From a bacterium (GTDB lineage Bacteria; Bacillota; Clostridia; Oscillospirales; Acutalibacteraceae), in contig CAVJIV010000003.1 of assembly GCA_963649715.1 (NCBI GenBank), positions 75,817 to 139,816 of the forward strand: a stretch of 64,000 bases of DNA, given 5' to 3'. The translations under genes were made by a program, and so were the position numbers. Each line of letters starts with the position of its first letter. Position 1 is the stretch's first letter. Positions 8,374-17,469 of this stretch are shown piece after piece. Below the pieces are notes generated by a model, which saw only the letters and a list, made by a program, of their open reading frames with translations, was not told the origin of the DNA and made no database searches.

Positions 8374-10011
8374 TTAGCCTGTAATCTGCGATTCGACAAG
8401 TCTGCCCTTGCAATACTTTGCCCTGAGAACAGGCTTTTCTATCTTTCCCGTCGGGTTACGGGGAACTTTTTCAAATATAATCTTTCTTGGACGCTTGTAC
8501 CTCGGAAGCTCCTCGCAGAAGGCGTTTATTTCCTCCTCGGTGCAGGTCATGCCGTCCTTGATCTCAATGATTGCTGCGGTGATCTCGCCGAGCCTGTGGT
8601 CGGGAATACCGATGACGGCAACATCCTTGATTTTATCGTTGCGGCGAAGGAAATCCTCAATCTGAACGGGATAAATATTCTCGCCGCCGGAGATAACAAC
8701 ATCCTTTTTGCGGTCAACGAGATAGATAAATCCGTCCTCATCCTCCTTTGCCATATCTCCGGTATAGAGCCAGTCGCCCTTGAGAATTTCATCGGTGGCT
8801 TTCGGGTTGTTGTAGTATTCGAGCATAACGCCCGGTCCTTTAACCGCCAGCTCGCCGACCTCGCCCTTTTTAACGGGCTCACCCTTATCGTCGATTATCT
8901 TTGCCTCCCAAAGATAGCCCGCCTTTCCGATTGCGCCGACCTTGTCAATATTTTCAACCCCGAGGTGAACGCAGCCCGGTCCGAGCGATTCGCTGAGTCC
9001 GTAGTTTGTATCGTACTGATGATGAGGAAAAAGCTTCTTCCACCTGTGGATAAGGCTCGGCGGAACAGGCTGTGCGCCGATGTGCATGAGCCTCCACTGA
9101 TCGAGCAGATAATGGCTGAGATTTATTTTTCCGGAATCGACAGCGTCCAGAATGTCCTGCGCCCACGGAACAAGAAGCCAAACAATTGTGCATTTCTCCT
9201 CCGTGACGGTGCGAAGTATCCATTCGGGCTTGATACCTCTGAGGATAACCGCCTTGCTGCCGGAAAAAAGGCTGCCGAACCAGTGCATTTTTGCGCCCGT
9301 GTGATAAAGCGGCGGAATGCAGAGGAAAACATCGTCCTTTTGCTGACCGTGGTGCTTTTGCTCGGTCAGGCAGGAGCAGTAAAGAGCCTTATGGCGGTGA
9401 AGAATCGCTTTCGGAAAGCCCGTTGTGCCCGAAGAAAAATAAATTGCGGCATGGTCGTTTTCGTCCAAGGCTATCGGCGGAAGCGACGACGAGCAATAGC
9501 GGATAAGAGTCATACAGTTTTCGGCATATTCCGGCACATCGTTGCCGACAAAAAGAGTGATTTTGATTTTGTTCAGCTCGTTATGTATCGGATCAACTCG
9601 GCTTGTAAATTCGGGACCGAAAACGAAAATTTCAACATCGGCAAGGTCAAGGCAATATTTTATCTCTTCGCTTGAATAGCGGTAGTTCATAGGAACGGCG
9701 ATGCAGCCTGCCTTGAGGATTCCGAAATAAATCGGCAGCCATTCGATGCAGTTCATAAGCAGAATGGCAACCTTTGTACCTCTTTTAACATTTCTGCTGA
9801 GCAGAAGATTTGCAAATCGGTTCGCCCTGCGGTCAAAATCCTTCCATGAAAGCTCACGGCGATATGGCGCGCCGGGGCTTGCGCTCTCGATAAGACTTGC
9901 CTCGCGCCATGTCACGGCGTTGTCACGCTCAACGGAGGGATTGACCTCAACGAGAGCGGTGTCCGAGGGATAAAGTCGAGCGTTTCTTTCAAGAAGCTCG
10001 GTAATAACCAT
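8374..10011 (-). CDS. AMP-dependent acyl-CoA synthetase/ligase (FadD/aryl-CoA ligase-like)
   Basis: Motifs IYFSSGTTGFPKA, YGLSE, YTGDMAKEDEDGFIYLVDRKKD and PRNPTGKI. Start set to the ATG at 10011 (MVITELLERNA) with a GAGGTGG RBS. It lies 22 nt upstream of iorA. Confidence 0.88.
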   Translation of the reverse strand: MVITELLERNARLYPSDTALVEVNPSVERDNAVTWREASLIESASPGAPYRRELSWKDFDRRANRFANLLLSRNVKRGTKVAILLMNCIEWLPIYFGILKAGCIAVPMNYRYSSEEIKYCLDLADVEIFVFGPEFTSRVDPIHNELNKIKITLFVGNDVPEYAENCMTLIRYCSSSLPPIALDENDHAAIYFSSGTTGFPKAILHRHKALYCSCLTEQKHHGQQKDDVFLCIPPLYHTGAKMHWFGSLFSGSKAVILRGIKPEWILRTVTEEKCTIVWLLVPWAQDILDAVDSGKINLSHYLLDQWRLMHIGAQPVPPSLIHRWKKLFPHHQYDTNYGLSESLGPGCVHLGVENIDKVGAIGKAGYLWEAKIIDDKGEPVKKGEVGELAVKGPGVMLEYYNNPKATDEILKGDWLYTGDMAKEDEDGFIYLVDRKKDVVISGGENIYPVQIEDFLRRNDKIKDVAVIGIPDHRLGEITAAIIEIKDGMTCTEEEINAFCEELPRYKRPRKIIFEKVPRNPTGKIEKPVLRAKYCKGRLVESQITG

Positions 10012-10129
10012 TTCTTTCCACCTCTGTTTAAAATACATTATAGAATACTTTATCACTTTTAACTGATAAAGTCAATTGTATTTTGATAAAATGATATCTC
10101 ACATCCTGCTATGTGTGCAGGTCTGAAAT

Positions 10130-10462
10130 CTATTTGAAAACAAATTGAACAAGAAGCATATAGCAAGCCGTGCCGCCGGCAATCGAGAGAAGCATCTGCT
10201 TCCTCCAAAGATGGAGAAGAACAACGACGGCGATCGATATCAGCTCCGGCAAGCCGTGGCTTCCGCCGAGAATGTCAACATTCTTTAGGCAATAGACAAC
10301 CAGCATTGCGAACACCGCCGCCGGTAAAGCCTTGCCGAGATATTCGATGAATTTCGGCGTTTGCCGTTTCTTTGACTGAAAAACGGCGAACGGAAGAAAT
10401 CTTGTCAGCATCGTTGCGCCTGCGCAGGCGGCGATCGTTATTATTTGCTGCGGAACAGTCAT
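10130..10462 (-). CDS. azlD: Branched-chain amino acid transporter AzlD family
   Basis: 110-aa protein with 4 predicted TM segments that overlaps the azlC stop by 4 nt. This is the canonical azlCD arrangement. Confidence 0.8.
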   Translation of the reverse strand: MTVPQQIITIAACAGATMLTRFLPFAVFQSKKRQTPKFIEYLGKALPAAVFAMLVVYCLKNVDILGGSHGLPELISIAVVVLLHLWRKQMLLSIAGGTACYMLLVQFVFK

Positions 10463-11169
10463 TCCAATCCGCCTCCTTTTTCAATCGGCTTGCGAAATGC
10501 GGCAAGCAGGAAAAGTATCAAAAGCATGGTCGGAATCATGAAAGAATCCGAACCGAAAGCAACAAGGCAAGCTATCGAGGAAAAAAGACCGATAATTGCG
10601 GTGTAATGCTTTTTCTCTTTCATAAGCTGCTCAAGAAAAATGACGACAAACATCGCCGTCATAACGAACTCGATGCCCTTTGTGTTAAACGAGATGAGAG
10701 AGCCTAAAATTCCGCCGAGGGTTGACCCGGTGATCCAGTAGCTTCGGTTGAGCATTGTAACCGCCGTCATGAACCAGCCTTTGTCGATATTTTCCGGAAT
10801 CTCTGCCGAGCAGTTGATCGAAAATGTTTCGTCGCACATTCCGAATATCAGATAATATTTTTTTATGCCGATATTCTTGTATTTGTCCAGCATTGCCAAG
10901 CCGTAAAAAAGATGCCTTGCCTGAATCATCAGAGACATGGTAAAGGCTTGCAGCGGAGCAAACGGACCGAGAAGCATTGAAACCGCAACAAATTCAAGAG
11001 AACCGCCGAAGATGACCGAGCTCATTATGAGCGGATACCAAAATCCGAAGCCGGAAACATTCATATAAACGCCGTATGTAAAGCCGAGAAACCAAAAGCC
11101 CGCAAGAATGGGCACAGTATGGGGGAAGGCCGCCTTAAAGGCGTCAAAAATAATTTTTTCCTTTTTCAT
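10459..11169 (-). CDS. azlC: AzlC family branched-chain amino acid permease/exporter component
   Basis: [33 protein letters not shown]..., a polytopic protein. Start set to the ATG at 11169. Confidence 0.85.
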   Translation of the reverse strand: MKKEKIIFDAFKAAFPHTVPILAGFWFLGFTYGVYMNVSGFGFWYPLIMSSVIFGGSLEFVAVSMLLGPFAPLQAFTMSLMIQARHLFYGLAMLDKYKNIGIKKYYLIFGMCDETFSINCSAEIPENIDKGWFMTAVTMLNRSYWITGSTLGGILGSLISFNTKGIEFVMTAMFVVIFLEQLMKEKKHYTAIIGLFSSIACLVAFGSDSFMIPTMLLILFLLAAFRKPIEKGGGLE

Positions 11170-11334
11170 AGCAAATCTCCAATCGTATAGACAACCGTGC
11201 TTAAAAGGGTATGAGATTGTCATGATAAGAATATTCTAATAACATGTCGTTTTTTTGTCAATGTCAAAGAATTTCAAACTTTACAAAGGAAACCTCGGAT
11301 TATTATATAATTAGCTTTGAATTGTAGCAAAAAT

Positions 11335-11370
11335 TTAAGGCAATTCCTCAATTATAAGGTATTGCCTTAA
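11335..11370 (-). terminator. Intrinsic terminator of ileS (member of the TTAAGGCAAT...ATTGCCTTAA element family)
   Basis: The reverse strand reads TTAAGGCAATACCttataattgaggAATTGCCTTAA followed by ATTTTTGC. It lies 13 nt after the ileS stop. Confidence 0.65.
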
Positions 11371-11382
11371 ATGTATTGAGTT

Positions 11383-14300
11383 TTATTTGTTTACCTTAAC
11401 TCCGAAAGTAGCCTTTTCGCCGTTGATGCTCCACTCGGCGGTGTGACCGTCAACCGAGCCTGTAACAAGCTCATCGGCAACAACTGCGGTGAAGATATCC
11501 TCCTTGTTGCGGTTGATGATATCGGCAAGCTTGTCGTTGCCCTCAATGCTGATGATTATGTGATCCGTCACATTGAAGTCTGCGTCCTTACGCATTGTCT
11601 GAATCTTGCTGATAATCTCACGAACAAAGCCCTCCTCGATAAGCTCGGGAGTGAGCGTTGTGTCGATAGCGACGGTTACTCCAAAGTCCGAAACCGAGAA
11701 AAGACCCGATTTTTGAACAGCCTCGATAAGAAGATCGTCCGCCGTCAGCTCGATTGTGCCGATGCTGATGTTCAGCGTGATGTGACCGTCTGCGTCAAGC
11801 TCTTTCTTTGCCTTTGATCCGTCAAGCTCTGAAAGCGCAGTTCTGATCTCGCCGAGATTTTTGCCGTATTTCGGTCCGAGTGTTTTAAGCTGCGGCTTGA
11901 AGTTGTAGTCGGAAAGCTCGTCCGCTGCGTCAACGAAAACGACGCTCTTAATGTTCAGCTCGTCCTCGATAATATCCTTGTAGTAGCCCTCAAGCTTGAT
12001 GTCCGCATTGACATACATCTTTGCGAGCGGCTGGCGGTTCTTGATGTTTGCGCCGTTTCTTGCCGCACGGCCGAGGCCGACAATGTTGAGAACCTCGTCC
12101 ATGTTCTTTTCAAGCACAAGGTCGATTTGCTTTTCGTTAACCTCCGGGAATGAGCAGAGATGAACGCTTTCCTCTGCGTTGCCGTCAACCGAGCGAACAA
12201 GATTCTGGTAGATATCCTCAGCCATGAACGGAATCATCGGAGCGGATGCCTTTGCAACCGTAACAAGCGCAGTGTAAAGGGTGAGATAAGCGTTGATCTT
12301 ATCCTGCTCAAGACCCTGCTTCCAGTAGCGCTCACGGCAGCGGCGAACATACCAGTTGCTCATGTCGTCAACAAATTCCTGAAGAGCCTTGCAGGCTTCG
12401 GGAATTCTGTAATTTTCCATATTGTTGTCAACGGCTTTTACCATTGAATTGAGCTTTGAAAGCAGCCACTTGTCCATGACCGAAAGCTTGTCGTAATCAA
12501 GCTCATATTTTGTCGGGTCAAATTTGTCAATTTCGGCATAAAGAACATAGAAAGCATAGGTGTTCCAAAGCGTGCCCATGAATTTACGCTGACCCTCGAT
12601 GACCGCCTTGCCGTGGAAACGGTTCGGAAGCCACGGAGCGGAGTTCGTGTAGAAATACCAACGGATAGCGTCTGCACCGTAGGTTTTGAGAGCGTCGAAC
12701 GGGTCAACGGCGTTGCCCTTGGACTTGCTCATCTTTTGACCGTTTTCGTCCTGAACATGACCGAGGACGATAACATTCTTGAACGGTGCTTTGTTGAAAA
12801 TAAGCGTTGAGATTGCAAGGAGCGAATAGAACCAGCCTCTTGTCTGGTCAACAGCCTCGGAGATGAAATCTGCCGGGAACTGGCTCTCGAAAAGCTCCTG
12901 ATTTTCAAACGGATAGTGATGCTGCGCAAAAGGCATTGAGCCTGAATCAAACCAGCAGTCGATAACCTCGGGAACACGCTTCATCTGCTTGCCGCACTCG
13001 GGGCATTTGATGGTAACCGCGTCGATGTACGGACGGTGAAGCTCAATATTTTCCGGGCAGTTGTCGGACATGCTCTTAAGCTCCTCAATGCTGCCGATGG
13101 AGTGTCTGTGACCGCATTCGCACTCCCAAACATTGAGCGGAGTGCCCCAGTAGCGGTTACGGCTGATTCCCCAGTCCTGAACATTTTCAAGCCAATCGCC
13201 GAAGCGACCCTTGCCGATGCTTTCGGGAATCCAATTGATAGTATTGTTGTTTTTGATAAGGTCGTCCTTGACCGCAGTCATCTTGATGAACCAGGATTCT
13301 CTTGCGTAGTAGATGAGCGGAGTGTCGCAGCGCCAGCAGAACGGATAATCATGCTCGAATTTCGGTGCGCTGAAGAGGAGGCCTCTCTCCTCAAGATTTT
13401 GAAGAACGGGAACATCTGCGTCCTTGACGAACAGACCGGCAAACGGAGTTTCCTCGGTCATGTTGCCCTTGCCGTCAACGAACTGAACGAACGGGAGGTC
13501 GTAGTTTCTGCCGATTCGGGAGTCGTCTTCACCGAATGCCGGCGCAATGTGAACGATGCCTGTACCGTCGGACATGGTGACATAGTTGTCAACCGTAACA
13601 AAGTGCGCTTTCTTGTGCTGCTGCTCGGCTTTTTTGCCTGCGCACTCAAAGAGCGGCTCATATTCTTTGTATTCAAGATCTTTACCGACGAATTTTTCAA
13701 GAATTTCGTAAGCAGGCTTTCCGTCCTCCGCCAGAGGAGAAAGAACCTTGTCCATAAGCGCAATTGCGATGTAGTAAACATTGCCGTCAATGCACTTGAC
13801 CTTTGCGTATTCTTCCGTCGGGTTTACGCAAAGCGCAACATTTGAGGGGAGAGTCCACGGGGTTGTCGTCCATGCGAGGAAATAAGCGTCCTCGTCCTTA
13901 ACCTTGAAGCGTGCGATTGCCGAACGCTCCTTGACTGATTTGTATCCCTGAGCAACCTCGTGAGAGGAAAGCGGAGTTCCGCAGCGAGGGCAATAGGGAA
14001 CGATTTTGAATCCCTTGTAGATAAGACCTTTTTCGTAAATCTTTTTGAGCGCCCACCATTCGGACTCGATGTAGGTGTTGTGGTAGGTAACATAGGGATT
14101 GTCCATGTCTGCCCAGAAGCCGACGGTGAAGGAAAAATCCTCCCACATGCCCTTGTATTTCCAAACGCTTTCCTTGCATTTCTCAATGAACGGCTCAAGA
14201 CCGTACTGCTCGATCTGCTCCTTGCCGTCAAGACCGAGAAGCTTCTCAACCTCAAGCTCGACCGGAAGACCGTGGGTGTCCCAGCCCGCCTTACGGGGAA

Positions 14301-14529
14301 CATGGTAGCCCTTCATCGTGCGGTAACGGGGAATCAGGTCTTTGATAACACGGGTCAGAACATGACCGATATGCGGCTTGCCGTTGGCGGTCGGCGGACC
14401 GTCATAGAAAACATAGGACGGACCTTCCTTTTCACAGGTTTTTTCAAAGATTTTGTTTTCTTTCCAGAACTTTTCAACCTCTTTCTCACGGTCAACAAAG
14501 TTCAGGCTTGCAGAAACTTTCTTGTACAT
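11383..14529 (-). CDS. ileS: Isoleucine--tRNA ligase (long, type-2 form)
   Basis: 1048 aa with the HIGH motif PTANGKPHIGH, the KMSKS motif QKMSKSKGN, and a CP1 editing domain. Confidence 0.97.
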   Translation of the reverse strand: MYKKVSASLNFVDREKEVEKFWKENKIFEKTCEKEGPSYVFYDGPPTANGKPHIGHVLTRVIKDLIPRYRTMKGYHVPRKAGWDTHGLPVELEVEKLLGLDGKEQIEQYGLEPFIEKCKESVWKYKGMWEDFSFTVGFWADMDNPYVTYHNTYIESEWWALKKIYEKGLIYKGFKIVPYCPRCGTPLSSHEVAQGYKSVKERSAIARFKVKDEDAYFLAWTTTPWTLPSNVALCVNPTEEYAKVKCIDGNVYYIAIALMDKVLSPLAEDGKPAYEILEKFVGKDLEYKEYEPLFECAGKKAEQQHKKAHFVTVDNYVTMSDGTGIVHIAPAFGEDDSRIGRNYDLPFVQFVDGKGNMTEETPFAGLFVKDADVPVLQNLEERGLLFSAPKFEHDYPFCWRCDTPLIYYARESWFIKMTAVKDDLIKNNNTINWIPESIGKGRFGDWLENVQDWGISRNRYWGTPLNVWECECGHRHSIGSIEELKSMSDNCPENIELHRPYIDAVTIKCPECGKQMKRVPEVIDCWFDSGSMPFAQHHYPFENQELFESQFPADFISEAVDQTRGWFYSLLAISTLIFNKAPFKNVIVLGHVQDENGQKMSKSKGNAVDPFDALKTYGADAIRWYFYTNSAPWLPNRFHGKAVIEGQRKFMGTLWNTYAFYVLYAEIDKFDPTKYELDYDKLSVMDKWLLSKLNSMVKAVDNNMENYRIPEACKALQEFVDDMSNWYVRRCRERYWKQGLEQDKINAYLTLYTALVTVAKASAPMIPFMAEDIYQNLVRSVDGNAEESVHLCSFPEVNEKQIDLVLEKNMDEVLNIVGLGRAARNGANIKNRQPLAKMYVNADIKLEGYYKDIIEDELNIKSVVFVDAADELSDYNFKPQLKTLGPKYGKNLGEIRTALSELDGSKAKKELDADGHITLNISIGTIELTADDLLIEAVQKSGLFSVSDFGVTVAIDTTLTPELIEEGFVREIISKIQTMRKDADFNVTDHIIISIEGNDKLADIINRNKEDIFTAVVADELVTGSVDGHTAEWSINGEKATFGVKVNK

Positions 14530-14539
14530 TTATGATAGC

Positions 14540-14795
14540 TCCTTTTCGTGTGATAGGATCAATGCTCAAAAAATCCCCGTCCCGTGCAAAACAGGACGAG
14601 GAAAGCTCGCAACCACCTATTCAACATACTTCATATGTGTTCCCTATAACGGAGGACGCCCGTCGGGACTTACTCGATTCAGTCCGAGGCTCAAAAGTGA
14701 TATTCACCGCAATGTACTTCGCACCGGACTTGCACCCTCTCCGGCTCGCTTCGGCTTCGCATAGCGGCTACTGTCTTTGTCACAGCCTTTATTAT
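14540..14795 (-). promoter_or_regulatory. T-box leader, Ile specifier (AUC)
   Basis: Reverse-strand elements: stem I AGAG..GGTGCGA; specifier context GAATATCAC with ATC at 14699-14701; T-box sequence AATAGGTGGTTGCGAGC; terminator CCTCGTCCTGTTTTGCACGGGACGGGGATTTTTT just before the ileS RBS. Confidence 0.85.
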
Positions 14796-15030
14796 ATCGC
14801 TTATAAGATATCACAAAACCAATTTTGTGTCAAGGAATATTTTGTTTCATTTTGGTTTTATTATATATATAATGTAATAAGGGGCACAAAGAAAAGGAAA
14901 AACAATATTTATACAATGTCCAATTTTTGTTAAAAAAAGCAGCAGAATTGTATTTTGCACAATTTCAACCACAATATTTTGTGACTTTTTCAAAAATAAA
15001 TAAAAATTTTCTAAAAAATGAAAAAAATAC

Positions 15031-15059
15031 TTGCAAAATGACGGGATAGCTATTATAAT
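15031..15059 (+). promoter_or_regulatory. Sigma-70-type promoter (TTGCAA-17-TATAAT)
   Basis: TTGCAA at 15031-15036, an exact 17-nt spacer, then TATAAT at 15054-15059. It lies about 130 nt upstream of the 15192 start. Confidence 0.6.
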
Positions 15060-15191
15060 TCATATGAGGGGAGTGTTTGCCAGGGTTGCTGTCTTCGGGC
15101 AGCTCAACTTTATAAGCGGTACTAACGTTATACCACTTTAAAGCCGTGGAAGTGATGCTCAAACCTCAAAATTTTAAAGGAGGAATTGAAC

Positions 15192-16976
15192 ATGACCAAG
15201 ATCATTTCAATCATCGTTTCCATTGTTATGCTTGTTATGACCAGCATTTTCCCGGGCTTCGTATGGCCGGGCACAAAGACGGTTGAGACAGGCGCATTCT
15301 TGGAGCAGGTTGATGAAGCGTTCGGTTATCAGGCGGTTGAGTCCACTGAAGAAATTCGTGGCGTTAAGCCGGACAACGAGTATTATGCAGCTGTTGCAAC
15401 AGCTGATAATAATGACGTTCTCGTTGATTATGATACAATCGACGTTACAAAGGCCGTTACTCCGGAATTCGTAGCAACAATTCTTGTTAATGCATCGGGC
15501 GTTAAGGTTGACGAGACTACCGTTGTAATCGAGAATGCTACATCCATCAAAAACATTGCCAAGGTTTCCGCAGCTGTTGACGCAGGCATCATTAAGCTTG
15601 ACGCCAAGAACAAGCTCGGCCTCGGCGCAATGTCCGCTGACGATGTTACGGCAGCTATCACAAAGGCTGTTGAGCTTCGCGGCACAATTGACGAGGACAC
15701 TCAGAAGCTCGTTCTCGCTGACGGCGTTAAGACGGTTTCCGACTACGCTGTTGAGGGCGATAACATCGTTGTTTCCGCAGACACAGATCTTGCAGTAGGC
15801 GATGTTTATGTTGTTGAGCAGTCCGACGCTATCTTCACAGGCGCAGCTTACAAGGTTGAGGCTATCGACGAAGTAAACGGCGAGAAGGTAGTTACAAACT
15901 CTGAGGTTGCTATCGAGGACGCTATCGAGAAGATCGACTACGAGGGCACAACAGAGGTTGATTTCGCAACCTCAATGATCACCGACGGTAACGGCGAGAT
16001 CCTCTCCGACGGTTACCTTGACACAAGCGCAATCTCCAAGGACGATGTTATGAAGACCCTCAAGAAGCTTGCTAATGTCAGCTTCTCTGTAGGCGGATTC
16101 GGCATCAAGGCTAAGATCACAGATACAGGTCTTAACTTCTCAGTTTCTAAGGGCGTTTGTGACGGCGTTACACTTTCTAAGGCTTATGAGCTTACAAACC
16201 TCACGGTTGACGCTAAGGCCGACATGAATGTTGCAAAGCTTAATTTCAACGAAGTATATCTTAAGTTCAACTATGACCTTAAGGATACAACAACTATCTC
16301 CGGTTCTTATGCTAAGACCTTCGGTGAGGAAGTTACTACCGTAGGCGAGAAGCTTTCCGGCGACAGCTTCTGGGCAAAGGCTGTTAATAAGTATGCCCTT
16401 TCCAAGCTTGATTCTACTTCTATCAAGCTCTTCACCTTCACACTTCCGATTGGTTCAACTCCGCTTACCGTTACTTTCGATGTTCTTCTTAACATCGGCG
16501 TAAACGGCAGAATGGAAATCGTTGTAACTTCTCAGGAAATGCACGGTGTTGAAATCATCAACAACAAGGTAAGCACAGTTAACGATTCAACAGTTGTTGA
16601 TCGTCAGGTTAACATCTATGGCCAGTTCGAGATCCGTCTTGGTCTTGATGTATCACTCGGTCTCTTCGGTTACGCTCTTGTAGATGTATGCGTTGAGGGC
16701 GGCGTTGGTGCTTATGTTGAGGCACATGCTACCTATTACGATGCAGAAGGCAACCCGGTTGTTCAGTCAACACTTACAATTCCTGTTGACTACCTCAAGG
16801 AGCTTGCTGCAGGTTCTAACACAGACGGTAAGATCGACATCAGCGGTCATGCTGATATCTACGGTATCCTTAACGTTTCCGTTGGTAACTACAGCGCAAT
16901 AGGCAAGGTTGGTCTCAAGAAGACTTGGAGCATCTACAATCAGAGCAATGCAACATTTGCTTCCATTGATTTCTGA
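15192..16976 (+). CDS. Hypothetical N-terminally anchored/secreted protein (594 aa, acidic, beta-rich, no recognised domain)
   Basis: ATG at 15192 after AAAGGAGG. The hydrophobic N-terminus is MTKIISIIVSIVMLVMTSIFPGF. Only 2 Cys residues. Codon choice looks strongly biased (GTT/GCT/CTT/AAG/GGC), which resembles highly expressed genes. Confidence 0.8.
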   Translation: MTKIISIIVSIVMLVMTSIFPGFVWPGTKTVETGAFLEQVDEAFGYQAVESTEEIRGVKPDNEYYAAVATADNNDVLVDYDTIDVTKAVTPEFVATILVNASGVKVDETTVVIENATSIKNIAKVSAAVDAGIIKLDAKNKLGLGAMSADDVTAAITKAVELRGTIDEDTQKLVLADGVKTVSDYAVEGDNIVVSADTDLAVGDVYVVEQSDAIFTGAAYKVEAIDEVNGEKVVTNSEVAIEDAIEKIDYEGTTEVDFATSMITDGNGEILSDGYLDTSAISKDDVMKTLKKLANVSFSVGGFGIKAKITDTGLNFSVSKGVCDGVTLSKAYELTNLTVDAKADMNVAKLNFNEVYLKFNYDLKDTTTISGSYAKTFGEEVTTVGEKLSGDSFWAKAVNKYALSKLDSTSIKLFTFTLPIGSTPLTVTFDVLLNIGVNGRMEIVVTSQEMHGVEIINNKVSTVNDSTVVDRQVNIYGQFEIRLGLDVSLGLFGYALVDVCVEGGVGAYVEAHATYYDAEGNPVVQSTLTIPVDYLKELAAGSNTDGKIDISGHADIYGILNVSVGNYSAIGKVGLKKTWSIYNQSNATFASIDF

Positions 16977-16996
16977 TTCTGATTTCCGAATATCGA

Positions 16997-17025
16997 CTCC
17001 CGGGAGAAATCCCGGGGGTTTTTTC
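16997..17025 (+). terminator. Intrinsic terminator
   Basis: CTCCCGGGagaaatCCCGGGGG followed by TTTTTT, 20 nt after the stop. Confidence 0.85.
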
Positions 17026-17039
17026 GTCTGCCGAAGCTC

Positions 17040-17073
17040 GGGAGCGCCTTCAACCGAGGTTGAAAACGCTCCC
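17040..17073. terminator. Second long hairpin between convergent genes
   Basis: GGGAGCGccTTCAACCgaGGTTGAAaaCGCTCCC, T-rich on the plus side. It lies between the 15192 gene and the convergent SASP gene. Confidence 0.45.
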
Positions 17074-17112
17074 CTTTGTCGTTTATTCGTGTGGTTGTGA
17101 CTTCATGAAAGG

Positions 17113-17307
17113 TTATTTCATGTTCTTCTCATAGGATTCGATCATCTTCTTGACCATCTGACCGCCGACAGAGCCTGCCTGCTTAGATGTGAGATCACCG
17201 TTGTAACCGTTAGAAAGGTTTACGCCTACCTCGGAAGCGGCCTCCATCTTGAAACGATCGAGAGCCTCTCTTGCCTGAGGAACAACATTTTTCTTGCTGC
17301 TTGCCAT
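17113..17307 (-). CDS. Alpha/beta-type small acid-soluble spore protein
   Basis: MASSKKNVVPQAREALDRFKMEAASEVGV...LTSKQAGSVGGQMVKKMIE is the SASP alpha/beta signature. ATG at 17307 with a GAAGGGGTGA RBS. The track ORF is over-extended. Confidence 0.9.
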   Translation of the reverse strand: MASSKKNVVPQAREALDRFKMEAASEVGVNLSNGYNGDLTSKQAGSVGGQMVKKMIESYEKNMK

Positions 17308-17469
17308 CTGTATTTCACCCCTTCGCAATTCATTTGCGTTTGCAATTATATCTTTTGCGTTATTCACGGAAATACAACTGAAAAATTTTGTAAATATCAA
17401 GTTGCCATATGGCGATTATTGTGATAAAATAAAAAGTCAGCAAGCTTATTAAACATCGGAGGAATTGCT

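Noticed and set aside
8329-9675. 448-aa ORF on the plus strand
   Set aside because: It lies entirely antisense to the well-supported acyl-CoA ligase gene. It has no RBS and an odd R/K/F-rich composition with no motifs. It is a shadow ORF.
15060-15185. Leader of the 15192 gene as a known riboswitch (c-di-GMP, preQ1 and others)
   Set aside because: I could not find the conserved cores of any class I know. It is reported only as a structured leader, pending an Rfam scan.
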